Source: Acidobacteriota bacterium (lineage in GTDB: Bacteria > Acidobacteriota > UBA890 > WLXD01). From it: a stretch of 64,000 nucleotides of DNA. The DNA lies in assembly GCA_965248695.1 (NCBI GenBank), contig CBDFKD010000002.1, positions 5,472,001 through 5,536,000 on the forward strand, written 5' to 3'. A program made the translations under genes and the position numbers. The notes under the pieces were generated by a model. It did no database searches. It worked only from the letters and a program-made list of their open reading frames with translations, and was not told the DNA's origin. Below, in pieces: positions 28,358-38,285 of this stretch (position 1 is the stretch's first letter; the number at the start of each line of letters is the position of its first letter).

Positions 28358-29035
28358 ATGGCTTTGGATGTTCTGATCACTGGCGCCAATCGTGGCATCG
28401 GTCTCGAGCTTGCTCGCCAGATGTCGCGCAGGGGCGATCGTGTCATCGCCACGGCGCGCAACCCCGCTGCTGCCGACGAGCTGCGAGATCTCGAGCTGCG
28501 CATCGAGCCGCTCGACGTGACCAGTGCCGATCAGGCCGCGGGGCTCGCTGCAGCGCTCGAGGGTTCGGCGCTCGATGTACTGGTGAACAATGCCGGTATC
28601 GGAGTGCGGGGAGGCAATCTCGGCGGGCTCGATTTCGACAAGCTCATGCGGTTCTTCGATACGAATGCGCTCGGAGCCCTGCGCGTCACAGAAGCCCTGC
28701 TACCACACCTGCGTCGTGGGCAGTCGCGCAAAGTCATCCAGGTCACCAGCCTGATGGGAAGCATCACCGACAACACCAGCGGCGGATCGTACGGTTATCG
28801 AGCCAGCAAGGCTGCGCTCAACATGCTCAATCGAAGCTTGTCGGTTGATCTCGCCGTAGAGGGTTTCACTTGCGCCGTGCTCCATCCGGGGTGGGTGCAA
28901 ACGAACATGGGAGGCCTGGCGGCTCCCACGCGGGTCGAAGACTGCGTTGCCGGGCTCCTTCGCGTCATCGACGACCTGAGCCCCGATGCCACCGGAAGCT
29001 TCTTCGATTTCACCGGACAGGCGCTGCCGTGGTGA
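28358..29035 (+). CDS. SDR oxidoreductase (CsgA/C-factor-like)
   Basis: ITGANRGIG, NNAG, YRASKAALN, LHPGWVQT. Confidence 0.92.
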   Translation: MALDVLITGANRGIGLELARQMSRRGDRVIATARNPAAADELRDLELRIEPLDVTSADQAAGLAAALEGSALDVLVNNAGIGVRGGNLGGLDFDKLMRFFDTNALGALRVTEALLPHLRRGQSRKVIQVTSLMGSITDNTSGGSYGYRASKAALNMLNRSLSVDLAVEGFTCAVLHPGWVQTNMGGLAAPTRVEDCVAGLLRVIDDLSPDATGSFFDFTGQALPW

Positions 29036-29214
29036 CGACCTCCGAGTCGGAGGCCACCAAGGGCGCGAAACACGACAACAGCTTCGACTGGCAGACCCAT
29101 CCCTCGGTAAACAGTCCGCGCCCGTGCCCGTGGTGCAGCTTTCCGGCGCTGCACGAGCAGCACTGCAAGCAGATCTGCCTGGCGTGTGGTTGGTATCGAT
29201 CCTGCGTGGACTGA
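29032..29214 (+). CDS. Small zinc-finger microprotein (60 aa)
   Basis: GTGA overlap with the SDR stop; CPWC...HCKQICLACGWYRSCVD. Confidence 0.7.
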   Translation: MTTSESEATKGAKHDNSFDWQTHPSVNSPRPCPWCSFPALHEQHCKQICLACGWYRSCVD

Positions 29215-29239
29215 GATGCTCGGCCGGGGCTGAAACCCG

Positions 29240-30676
<1,437 letters not shown>

Positions 30677-30943
30677 CACATGCTCCTGCGACCCTGGCTG
30701 AGTAGCCCTCGGACTCGGTGAGAGTGAATCGACGGTTCGCGTCGGAGCCGTGGACACGCTCAGGCTTCGGAAAACCTCATTGTATGGACTTTCCGCTGCA
30801 ACCGCCCGCGACGCGGGCGCCGCCCGCTGCGCGAACCCGAGGACGGCCTCGCGAGCCACACACGAGGAAAAACCGCCTCGATTCGGTTAAGGTACAAGAA
30901 CGATCAGAATCGCACGAACTGGACACTGAGGGGGCAACGGCCG

Positions 30944-31357
30944 ATGAGGGGCACGCCGTCCAAAGTCGCGTTGCTGGTGCCTGCTGGCGTCTGCTTGGCG
31001 ATCGCGGTGGCCATGGCTGTGCAGGTGTCACGTCCGCTACGCGAGGACGCCTACTGGCCACCGCTCGAGGACGCCCCTACCCTGCTCGAAGCCGGCTCGC
31101 AGGCCGAGATCTACGTTGCCGAAGAGCCACTGCTGCAGATCGCAAGCGACGGTGAGCTGCGCCACGGACCGGGGCATATTCCGGTGAATCCGAACGATCT
31201 CCGGATCCGCTTCAACGACTACGAGCGCGTGACGCGCGCCCAGCTGATGTTGCTGGCTGCCGCGCTCGGCGCCGGGCTGGCGCTGCTCATCGCCGGAATG
31301 ATGCTACCCGGTCGCCGGCCAGTGCTGGGGCTAACGCAGTCGGAAACATCACCGTGA
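30944..31357 (+). CDS. Hypothetical membrane protein (2 TM)
   Basis: SD GAGGGGG; N- and C-terminal hydrophobic segments; GTGA overlap with the next gene. Confidence 0.7.
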   Translation: MRGTPSKVALLVPAGVCLAIAVAMAVQVSRPLREDAYWPPLEDAPTLLEAGSQAEIYVAEEPLLQIASDGELRHGPGHIPVNPNDLRIRFNDYERVTRAQLMLLAAALGAGLALLIAGMMLPGRRPVLGLTQSETSP

Positions 31358-32049
31358 CCGAACGGGCCCGTTTCCGCACCGTCACACTGGTCCTGGTCGG
31401 GGCGCTGATTCTGGGCGTCATCGTAACGGTGAGCGCCATACAGGCGGACCTGACGCGGCGCACGCAGGCGGCGCTGGCGAGCGCCGGTGTCGCGTACTAC
31501 GGATTGGAATTCGACGGCCGCGACGCAGTTCTCGGCGGCTTCGTACCATCGACCGACGAGGCGACGCGAATCGTCGCCATCGTGCGCTCCGTACCCGGCG
31601 TCCGTGCGGTACGCAACGAGCTCATCGTCGAGCGACTAGTGGAGTCGGATCCTGCCCCGCCCGCGGTGGCGCCCGCCGAGCTACGCCTGCAACGGCTAGG
31701 ACCGATGCTGGTGATCTCCGGGCGCGTTGCCGACTCGGACGCGACGAGCATCATCAGCGCGGCGCAGGAGGCCTTTGGCAACACCCACGTCCGCTCCGAC
31801 CTGCGCGTCGACAGCGAGCTCGAGCCCAGCTTTTGGCTCGCCGACCCGGCTATCCTGCTTCGAATCATCAACGCCGCATCGGAAACCGGGCGGCTGAGCG
31901 TGCGCGGCGAGCAGGCGGTTCTCGGCGGACGAATTGTCACCAGCGCCGATCGCCGACGCATCAACGAGTTGGCGGCGACGATTCCAGGTCTGCGCTGGCG
32001 TTTCGATCTGTTCAACGGGCTCGGTAGCGCCGCCGGAGACAACGCATGA
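31354..32049 (+). CDS. Membrane-anchored multi-BON-domain protein (ArfA-like, no OmpA domain)
   Basis: DGRDAVLGG...VPGVRAVRNEL BON motif plus two further BON-like repeats. Confidence 0.75.
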   Translation: MTERARFRTVTLVLVGALILGVIVTVSAIQADLTRRTQAALASAGVAYYGLEFDGRDAVLGGFVPSTDEATRIVAIVRSVPGVRAVRNELIVERLVESDPAPPAVAPAELRLQRLGPMLVISGRVADSDATSIISAAQEAFGNTHVRSDLRVDSELEPSFWLADPAILLRIINAASETGRLSVRGEQAVLGGRIVTSADRRRINELAATIPGLRWRFDLFNGLGSAAGDNA

Positions 32050-33371
32050 CCTGGCTGTTGGTGCAGATCGGTCTGTGCCTGGTGCTGGCCGCGCTGGCCG
32101 GCTGGTTCATCGGCTGGTCGATGCGCGGGTTTCGGGAAACCGACCGCGTCGAGGATCTGAGACAGACGCTGAGCGCCACCACCGACGTGAAGGACCGCGA
32201 GCTGTCCGAGTCGTACCGGGAGGTCGAAAGCCTGCGCTCGCGCAACGACTCACTGGAACGCGCCAACCGCGCGCTCGAGACCAAGGTCGGCGAAGCCAGG
32301 AAGCCTTCAGCCCCAGATTCGACCCCGCGGGCGATGCTGGCAACACCGGCACGCCACCCGGTGCCAGAAGCAATGCCCGAGCGCTCGCGGGGGGGCGCTG
32401 CCGTGGAGGTGCTCGAGGACGCTCGACAGCGCCTCGATGCCCGCGCCGACCTCGCCACCGAGCGCCGCCTGCGGGCCAAAGTGGAAGCGGAGCTGCGTCA
32501 GAAGGCGGCAACGTTCGTGGCCCTCCAAGCGGAGGCCGACAGTCTTCGGACTGCCGTTGACGAGCGGGCCGCGCACATCGCCAAGCTGGAAAGCCGCGTG
32601 ATCGAGCTCGAGCCCCTCGAGGACCAGCTGGACGCCGGTCGAGCCAGGGTACGGGAGCTCGAGACCCGACTCGAGGCCGCAGCGGCCACCGACGCCTCTC
32701 CGGCACACAAGGCGAGGATGACGGCGCTCCAAGAGCAGCTGACTGCTCGCGATGTGCTCGTCAACGAGCTCCGCACTCGTGCCAACGACCTGCGCGCTGA
32801 GCTCGACAGCGTACGTCGTGAACGGCACGGATCGAGCGACAACCTGGCGGCGAGCGACGCCAAGGCCACGCGGCTACAGCGCGAGGTCGAGGAGACCGGT
32901 CGAAAGCTCCAGCGCCAGATCGAGCGCAACCGGAAGCAGGAGACCGTTCACAGGTCGGTGGTCGAGACTCTGCAGCGTGACCTCGATACCCTGAGACGGG
33001 ATGCGGACGACGCCCGATCGGCTCGTGAGGAGCTCGAATCGCGCCACGTTGCCGACGCCAGCGACGACGAGCACCTGCGCGAGGCGCTGGCCCGGCGCGA
33101 CTCGCAGATCGTTGCCTATCGCCGCCGGCTCGCCGATCTCGAGGAAGATCGCCACCTGGAGCTCCGCCAGCCTGGCCGCGATGACCTCAAGCTGATACGA
33201 GGTGTCGGCCCGGTCTTCGAAGGACTTCTGAACAAGATCGGGGTGACACGATTCGAGGAGGTCGCGCGCTGGAATGCCGATGACATCGAGCGGATCGCCG
33301 ACGCACTCGGTACGAACGTCAAGCGCATCGTCAGCGCCGGCTGGGTGGAGTCGGCCCGCAAGTTGCGCTGA
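32046..33371 (+). CDS. N-terminal TM, long coiled-coil and C-terminal HhH-domain protein
   Basis: Heptad-rich E/R/L/A body; DDLKLIRGVGP.FE.LLN.IG...F..VARW...WVESA.KL. Confidence 0.8.
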   Translation: MTWLLVQIGLCLVLAALAGWFIGWSMRGFRETDRVEDLRQTLSATTDVKDRELSESYREVESLRSRNDSLERANRALETKVGEARKPSAPDSTPRAMLATPARHPVPEAMPERSRGGAAVEVLEDARQRLDARADLATERRLRAKVEAELRQKAATFVALQAEADSLRTAVDERAAHIAKLESRVIELEPLEDQLDAGRARVRELETRLEAAAATDASPAHKARMTALQEQLTARDVLVNELRTRANDLRAELDSVRRERHGSSDNLAASDAKATRLQREVEETGRKLQRQIERNRKQETVHRSVVETLQRDLDTLRRDADDARSAREELESRHVADASDDEHLREALARRDSQIVAYRRRLADLEEDRHLELRQPGRDDLKLIRGVGPVFEGLLNKIGVTRFEEVARWNADDIERIADALGTNVKRIVSAGWVESARKLR

Positions 33372-34775
33372 TCAGCCGATCTGCGGCCGCAGCAAAACGA
33401 AGTAGGCGGCAAGAATCAACGCCAGGATCCGTGACATCCAGTTCGCCTCGTGCGCCCGCCCGGTCGCCATTTTGATGATCGGGTACGCGATCAGGCCAAG
33501 GGCAATACCGTCGGCGATCGAGTAGGTAAGCGGGATACCGATCAGCGTCAGAAACGCCGGCAACGCCTCGGTCGCGTCGTCCCACTCGATCGAAGTCGCG
33601 GAGCGCATCATTAACGCGCCGACGATCAGCAGCACTGGAGCGGTGATCGGTGGGTAGCTGCCGATCATGGCGATGAGCGGTGTCAGCAGCAGCGCCACGA
33701 GGAACAGGCCGGCGGCAGTGACTGCCGTGAGACCGGTGCGACCGCCCTGCTCCACTCCGGCGGCGCTCTCCACATAGCTGGTGACCGTGCTGGTGCCCAG
33801 CGCGGCCCCGGCCACCGTGCCAATCGCGTCCGACAGGAAAGCCCTTCCCGACCGCAGTAGCCGATCGCCTCGCATGAGCCGCGCCCGCTGAGCCACCGCC
33901 ACCAGCGTCCCGATAGTGTCGAACATGTCCATGAACAGCACGAGCACCACGTATGGCAGCAGATCCCACGACAGGGCCGCCACGATGTCCAGCTGAAGCA
34001 GGGTCGGCGCGATCGAGGGCGGCGCCGCCGTCAATCGGTCGGCAACTTCGAAGCGCGTCATCAACATCGACCCTGCATGTGAACCGGCCGCGGGCGCTGC
34101 GGAGAGCACGGCACGCGTGGCCAGCGCCGCCACCAGTGTCGAGACCATGCCAAGCAGGAGCGCCCCCTGAACGCGGCGCGCATAAAGGATCGCGGTAACC
34201 ACGAGGCCGAAGAAGAACAGCAGGCAATCGGGCGAGTTCAGCGTTGAAGTCAGGGAGACTGCCGTTGCCGGATCCGGCACGACGATCGCGGCGCTCTGCA
34301 GACCGATGAAAGCGATGAAGATCCCGATTCCCGCCCCGATGGCGCTCTTCATGGAGGCGCTCAGCGCGTCGATCATCAACTGACGCACCCCAAGCATCGA
34401 CAGAACGAGAAACAGCACCCCGGCGACAAAGATCACGCCCAGCGCGGCACGCCAGGGCTCAGGGTGCCCGGCGGCGGCAGCGGCGGGAATGATCGACAGC
34501 ACGAAGAAGAAGTTCTGGCCCATTCCGGGCGCTTGGGCGACCGGGAACCGCCCGTACAGACCCATCGTCGCGGTGGCCAGCGCCGCCGCGAGGCACGTCG
34601 CCACGGTGACCGCGCCGAAATCCATTCCGGTGGGCGAGCCGGTCAGTACGCCGCTCAGAACCGCCGGTTGGACGAAGATGATGTACGCCATCGTGAGGAA
34701 AGTCGTCGTGCCGGCGACCACCTCAGTGCGCACGCTCGTGCCCGCAGCATCGAGCTCGAAGAACCTCTCCAACAT
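33372..34775 (-). CDS. NCS2/AzgA family purine permease
   Basis: TEVVAG.TTFLTMAYI, APGMG.N.FF, FDTIGT, TSYVESAAG..QGGRTG. Confidence 0.95.
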   Translation of the reverse strand: MLERFFELDAAGTSVRTEVVAGTTTFLTMAYIIFVQPAVLSGVLTGSPTGMDFGAVTVATCLAAALATATMGLYGRFPVAQAPGMGQNFFFVLSIIPAAAAAGHPEPWRAALGVIFVAGVLFLVLSMLGVRQLMIDALSASMKSAIGAGIGIFIAFIGLQSAAIVVPDPATAVSLTSTLNSPDCLLFFFGLVVTAILYARRVQGALLLGMVSTLVAALATRAVLSAAPAAGSHAGSMLMTRFEVADRLTAAPPSIAPTLLQLDIVAALSWDLLPYVVLVLFMDMFDTIGTLVAVAQRARLMRGDRLLRSGRAFLSDAIGTVAGAALGTSTVTSYVESAAGVEQGGRTGLTAVTAAGLFLVALLLTPLIAMIGSYPPITAPVLLIVGALMMRSATSIEWDDATEALPAFLTLIGIPLTYSIADGIALGLIAYPIIKMATGRAHEANWMSRILALILAAYFVLLRPQIG

Positions 34776-34869
34776 GGCGACCCCGCGTGCCTGCTCTCCA
34801 TGACCGGCAGAGCGCCATGGTAGTGCAGCCGCGAGACGCGGACCATGCGAGCGGGTGACCTAAGGCCGG

Positions 34870-35463
34870 CTAGCGACCCCTGGCGGTGATGACGAACTCG
34901 TCGCGGCGATTGGCCGCCCAAGCGGCGTCGTTGTGGCCGGGATTCGCCGGCAGTTCCTCACCGTACGACACCACCTCGATTCTCGAGGCGGCGACGCCAC
35001 GGGAGACCAGGTAGTCGCGTGCGGCTTCGGCACGGCGCTGTCCGAGAGCCAGGTTGTAGCTCCCCGAGGCGCGCTCGTCAGCATGCCCTTCGATCAGAAT
35101 GGCAGCATCCGGTACGCTGTTCAGCCAGTCGATGTTGGCGTCGAGCACGGTCGTTTCACTGGCCTCGATGCTGTGCTGATCGAGCGCGAAGTAGATCGGT
35201 TGCAGCACACCCATGCGGTTGAGCTCGGCGGCGCTCATCCCGTCATAGGTGGTCTCGGACGACAGCCAGTCATCAGTTTCCGCGGCCGTGTCCGGGGCTC
35301 GGTATGCGATCGCAATGGGAACAGGCCGCGTCATCGCCGGACCTTCGATGCGACCGTCGGGCCAGTTGCCGCGCATGACACTTCGGCCCGGCGCGCAGCC
35401 CGCCGCCACCATGAGGGCGACAAGCGCAGCCGCCGAAACCATGTGTCTGGCGTGATCTCTCAT
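34870..35463 (-). CDS. OmpA-family peptidoglycan-associated lipoprotein (Pal-like)
   Basis: Lipobox AAGC; IEGHADER...YNLALGQRRA, VSYGEE.P, NRR. Confidence 0.9.
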   Translation of the reverse strand: MRDHARHMVSAAALVALMVAAGCAPGRSVMRGNWPDGRIEGPAMTRPVPIAIAYRAPDTAAETDDWLSSETTYDGMSAAELNRMGVLQPIYFALDQHSIEASETTVLDANIDWLNSVPDAAILIEGHADERASGSYNLALGQRRAEAARDYLVSRGVAASRIEVVSYGEELPANPGHNDAAWAANRRDEFVITARGR

Positions 35464-35798
35464 TCTAGCCCTCCTGGACGGCATCGCGACTACCACCGAT
35501 CGTTCGACAGGACACCGCTGGCGTTCAGCGTAATTCTCGTTGGTGCCCATGTTCGGCCGCGCCGACGCCGGCAACCAGACCAACTGTCTGGCGGGCGTCA
35601 AGCGGATGGACAGGAGCGGCAAGGAGCGGGCTGAGCTGACGAGTACCCGCGCCGAGTGCGATCACCGCTGAGGGCCAGGCCGCACAATTGCGGTGGCCGG
35701 CGCGACCATCGAGAGGCGTGTTCGGTTGATATGCGTCCGAAGATGACGTACGTAGGAGGTGCACAGGCCCTTTCGCCCGAACCCGCCGGAGGTAATCG

Positions 35799-36296
35799 AT
35801 GACCGAGTCCGACGTTCAGGAGCCCGCCCCACAACCCGATCCACCGAGCGCGCCTGCTGCCGCGAGTGCTAGCGGCAAGGCTGACCTCGGCAAGCGCATC
35901 GTCGCCGTCTTGATCGATAGCGCTATCGCGTTCGTGGTCGGGTTCATCCCGGGGATCGGGTCGCTGATCGGCGCCGCCTACATGGTGCTCCGCGACGGCA
36001 TGGAATTCGACTTCATGAACCATCGCTCGATCGGCAAGCAGGTGATGAAGTTACATCTGGAATCCGTCGATGGCGCCGCGCTCGACATCACTACGTCGCT
36101 CAAGCGCAACTGGATGTTCGCCCTCGCGCCGCTCGTCCCGCTGCTGATCATCACCATCGTTGGGTGGGTACTGGTGCCATTCGTCCTGTTCGGCGCGCTA
36201 GCGTTGATGATCGTCGAGCTGGTACTCGTGCTCACGGACGCCGAGGGACGTCGTCTGGGCGACAAGATGGCCGGTACCAGGGTCGTCGAGGACTGA
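35799..36296 (+). CDS. RDD family membrane protein
   Basis: SD GGAGG; KRIVAVLID, SIGK, RN, RRLGD.MAGTRV. Confidence 0.88.
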   Translation: MTESDVQEPAPQPDPPSAPAAASASGKADLGKRIVAVLIDSAIAFVVGFIPGIGSLIGAAYMVLRDGMEFDFMNHRSIGKQVMKLHLESVDGAALDITTSLKRNWMFALAPLVPLLIITIVGWVLVPFVLFGALALMIVELVLVLTDAEGRRLGDKMAGTRVVED

Positions 36297-36318
36297 TTCC
36301 TACTCCTACTGAATCTGC

Positions 36319-36347
36319 GGAACCTTCTGCGGCTGTCGTGCGTCTAA
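36319..36347 (+). promoter_or_regulatory. Putative ECF-sigma promoter
   Basis: GGAACC-N16-CGTCTAA, about 75 bp upstream of the ABC ATPase start. Confidence 0.6.
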
Positions 36348-36423
36348 TCTCACGAGGCTTTCGAGTGTCCGTGCGTCGAGTTCCTGTATCGCGGACACCA
36401 CCAACCGTGTGAAGGAGCGTCCG

Positions 36424-37119
36424 ATGTCGGCTGAGCCGCTGATCAGCATGGAGGCGATCAAGAAGGTGTTCGTCACCGAGGAGGTCGAGACGCACGCGCT
36501 TTCCGACGTACACCTCGATATCGATCCTGGGGAGTTCGTATCAATCTCCGGACCGTCCGGCTCGGGCAAGACGACGCTGCTGTCGATTCTCGGACTGCTG
36601 GACACCCCCAGCGGGGGCACCTATCTGCTCAACGCCAACGATGTGTCCAACCTCACCGCTTCCGAGCGCGCCCGGGTTCGAAACCGCGAGATCGGCTTCA
36701 TCTTCCAGAGCTTCAACCTCATCGGCGACCTGAACGTGTACGAGAACGTCGAGCTGCCGCTGACGTATCGCGGCATGTCCTCGTCGGATCGTCGCGAGCG
36801 CGTCAACGCCTCCCTGGACCGGGTCGGCATGACACATCGTGCCAAGCACATGCCCAGCCAGCTTTCCGGTGGTCAGCAGCAGCGTGTCGCGGTGGCTCGA
36901 GCCGTCGTCGGTGACCCCTCCATCCTGCTGGCCGATGAGCCCACGGGTAACCTCGACTCGGGCAACGCCTCCGCCGTCATGGACCTCATGTCGGAGCTGC
37001 ACCAGGGTGGCGCCACCATCTGCATGGTCACTCACGACCCGCGCTGGGCCGAGCACGCACAGCGCACCATCCACCTGTTCGACGGCATGGTCGTCGACGA
37101 GCAGGTCGCCGTCGTCTAG
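36424..37119 (+). CDS. ABC transporter ATP-binding protein (LolD/MacB-like)
   Basis: GPSGSGKT, LSGGQQQR, LADEPTGNLD, VTH; SD AAGGAG. Confidence 0.95.
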   Translation: MSAEPLISMEAIKKVFVTEEVETHALSDVHLDIDPGEFVSISGPSGSGKTTLLSILGLLDTPSGGTYLLNANDVSNLTASERARVRNREIGFIFQSFNLIGDLNVYENVELPLTYRGMSSSDRRERVNASLDRVGMTHRAKHMPSQLSGGQQQRVAVARAVVGDPSILLADEPTGNLDSGNASAVMDLMSELHQGGATICMVTHDPRWAEHAQRTIHLFDGMVVDEQVAVV

Positions 37120-37395
37120 CAGGCCGTGGTGAAAGTGTGGTGGGTCTGGTTACGGCGAGTTGGGGCCAGATGCAAGGCAGCCTGACGCACACGATGCCCT
37201 AGCAGGCCGTGGTAGAAGGCCAACGCCGCAGATGGCCCCAAATCGCCGTAACCCTTCGGGCGACTGGGGGTTGCGCGCGGATGCTGCGTCGTTTGTCGTC
37301 AACGATGGGGTAACCATCGCCTCCTCCTCTCTCCTGGCCTGCGCCTCGCAAGACCCTGTCGCCAGACCCACCACACTTTCACCGCGGCCTGCTAG
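37116..37395. mobile_element. MITE-like palindromic element, family A copy 2 (280 bp)
   Basis: CTAGCAGGCCGTGGTGAAAGTGTGGTGGGTCTGG ... CCAGACCCACCACACTTTCACCGCGGCCTGCTAG; homologous to 11087-11455. Confidence 0.85.
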
Positions 37396-37454
37396 GGCCC
37401 CACACCGGGTCAACGGCTCAACAGCTGCGGGATGGCGTGGGAGAATCGCACGCC

Positions 37455-38285
37455 ATGCTTACCGCCTCGTCTGACGCGCCGCCGTCCGGGTATCTGATCC
37501 CCATCGGTGGCGCCGAAAAGAAGTCCCGGGAACCGCTCATCCTCCGGCGGTTCGTGCAGCTGTGCGGCGACGACGACGCTCGGATCGTCGTCGTGCCGAC
37601 GGCATCCAAGCTGCGGACGACGGGCCCACGCTACGAGCGCGTGCTGACCGAGCTGGGTGCCGGCAGCACCACGTCGCTGCCGTTTCGCGATCGTGCCGAT
37701 TGCGGCCGCGAAGATTGGCTGCGAACCATCGACGAAGCCACCGGCGTCTTTCTCACCGGCGGCTCGCAGCTGCGCCTCAGCCGCACGCTCGGTGGAACGC
37801 CGGCCGCGCGGGCATTGCGACGAGCATCCCGTCGCGGAGCCCATATCGCCGGGACGTCAGCCGGTGCCAGCTACCTTTCCGAGCACATGATTGCGTTCGG
37901 CGAAGCGGGCGCTTCACCGCGGACCCACATGGTGGCCCTTGCCCCTGGCATCGGCCTCACTCGCGACTTCACCATCGACCAGCATTTCCGCGAGCGTGAC
38001 CGACTCGGCCGCCTGCTGACCGCGCTTGCCTACAACCCGTTCATTGTCGGTATGGGCTTGGACGAGAATACCGCCGCCTTCATCGCCCCGGACCGAACGG
38101 TGGAGATTGTCGGCAGCGGCTCCTGCACGCTGGTTGACGGCTCCGACCTCGAGTATTCGTCCGTCGGTGAACAGGCCGGCGATCCGGTCTGTCTTCTCGG
38201 CGTGAGGCTGCACATCCTGCTGCAAGGCGGCAGGTATGACATCGAGTCGCGGCAAGCGCATCGACCACCGGAGAGTGCATCTTGA
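37455..38285 (+). CDS. cphB: Cyanophycinase
   Basis: IGGAE, PTAS, FLTGG.Q.RL, GTSAGA nucleophile, IDQHF..RDRLGRL, GLDENT. Confidence 0.93.
   Translation: MLTASSDAPPSGYLIPIGGAEKKSREPLILRRFVQLCGDDDARIVVVPTASKLRTTGPRYERVLTELGAGSTTSLPFRDRADCGREDWLRTIDEATGVFLTGGSQLRLSRTLGGTPAARALRRASRRGAHIAGTSAGASYLSEHMIAFGEAGASPRTHMVALAPGIGLTRDFTIDQHFRERDRLGRLLTALAYNPFIVGMGLDENTAAFIAPDRTVEIVGSGSCTLVDGSDLEYSSVGEQAGDPVCLLGVRLHILLQGGRYDIESRQAHRPPESAS

Noticed and set aside
34776-34869. Purine riboswitch upstream of the NCS2 permease (also FMN and Moco switches near ribF and moaA)
   Set aside because: Intergenic spaces are short or absent and lack the conserved aptamer motifs
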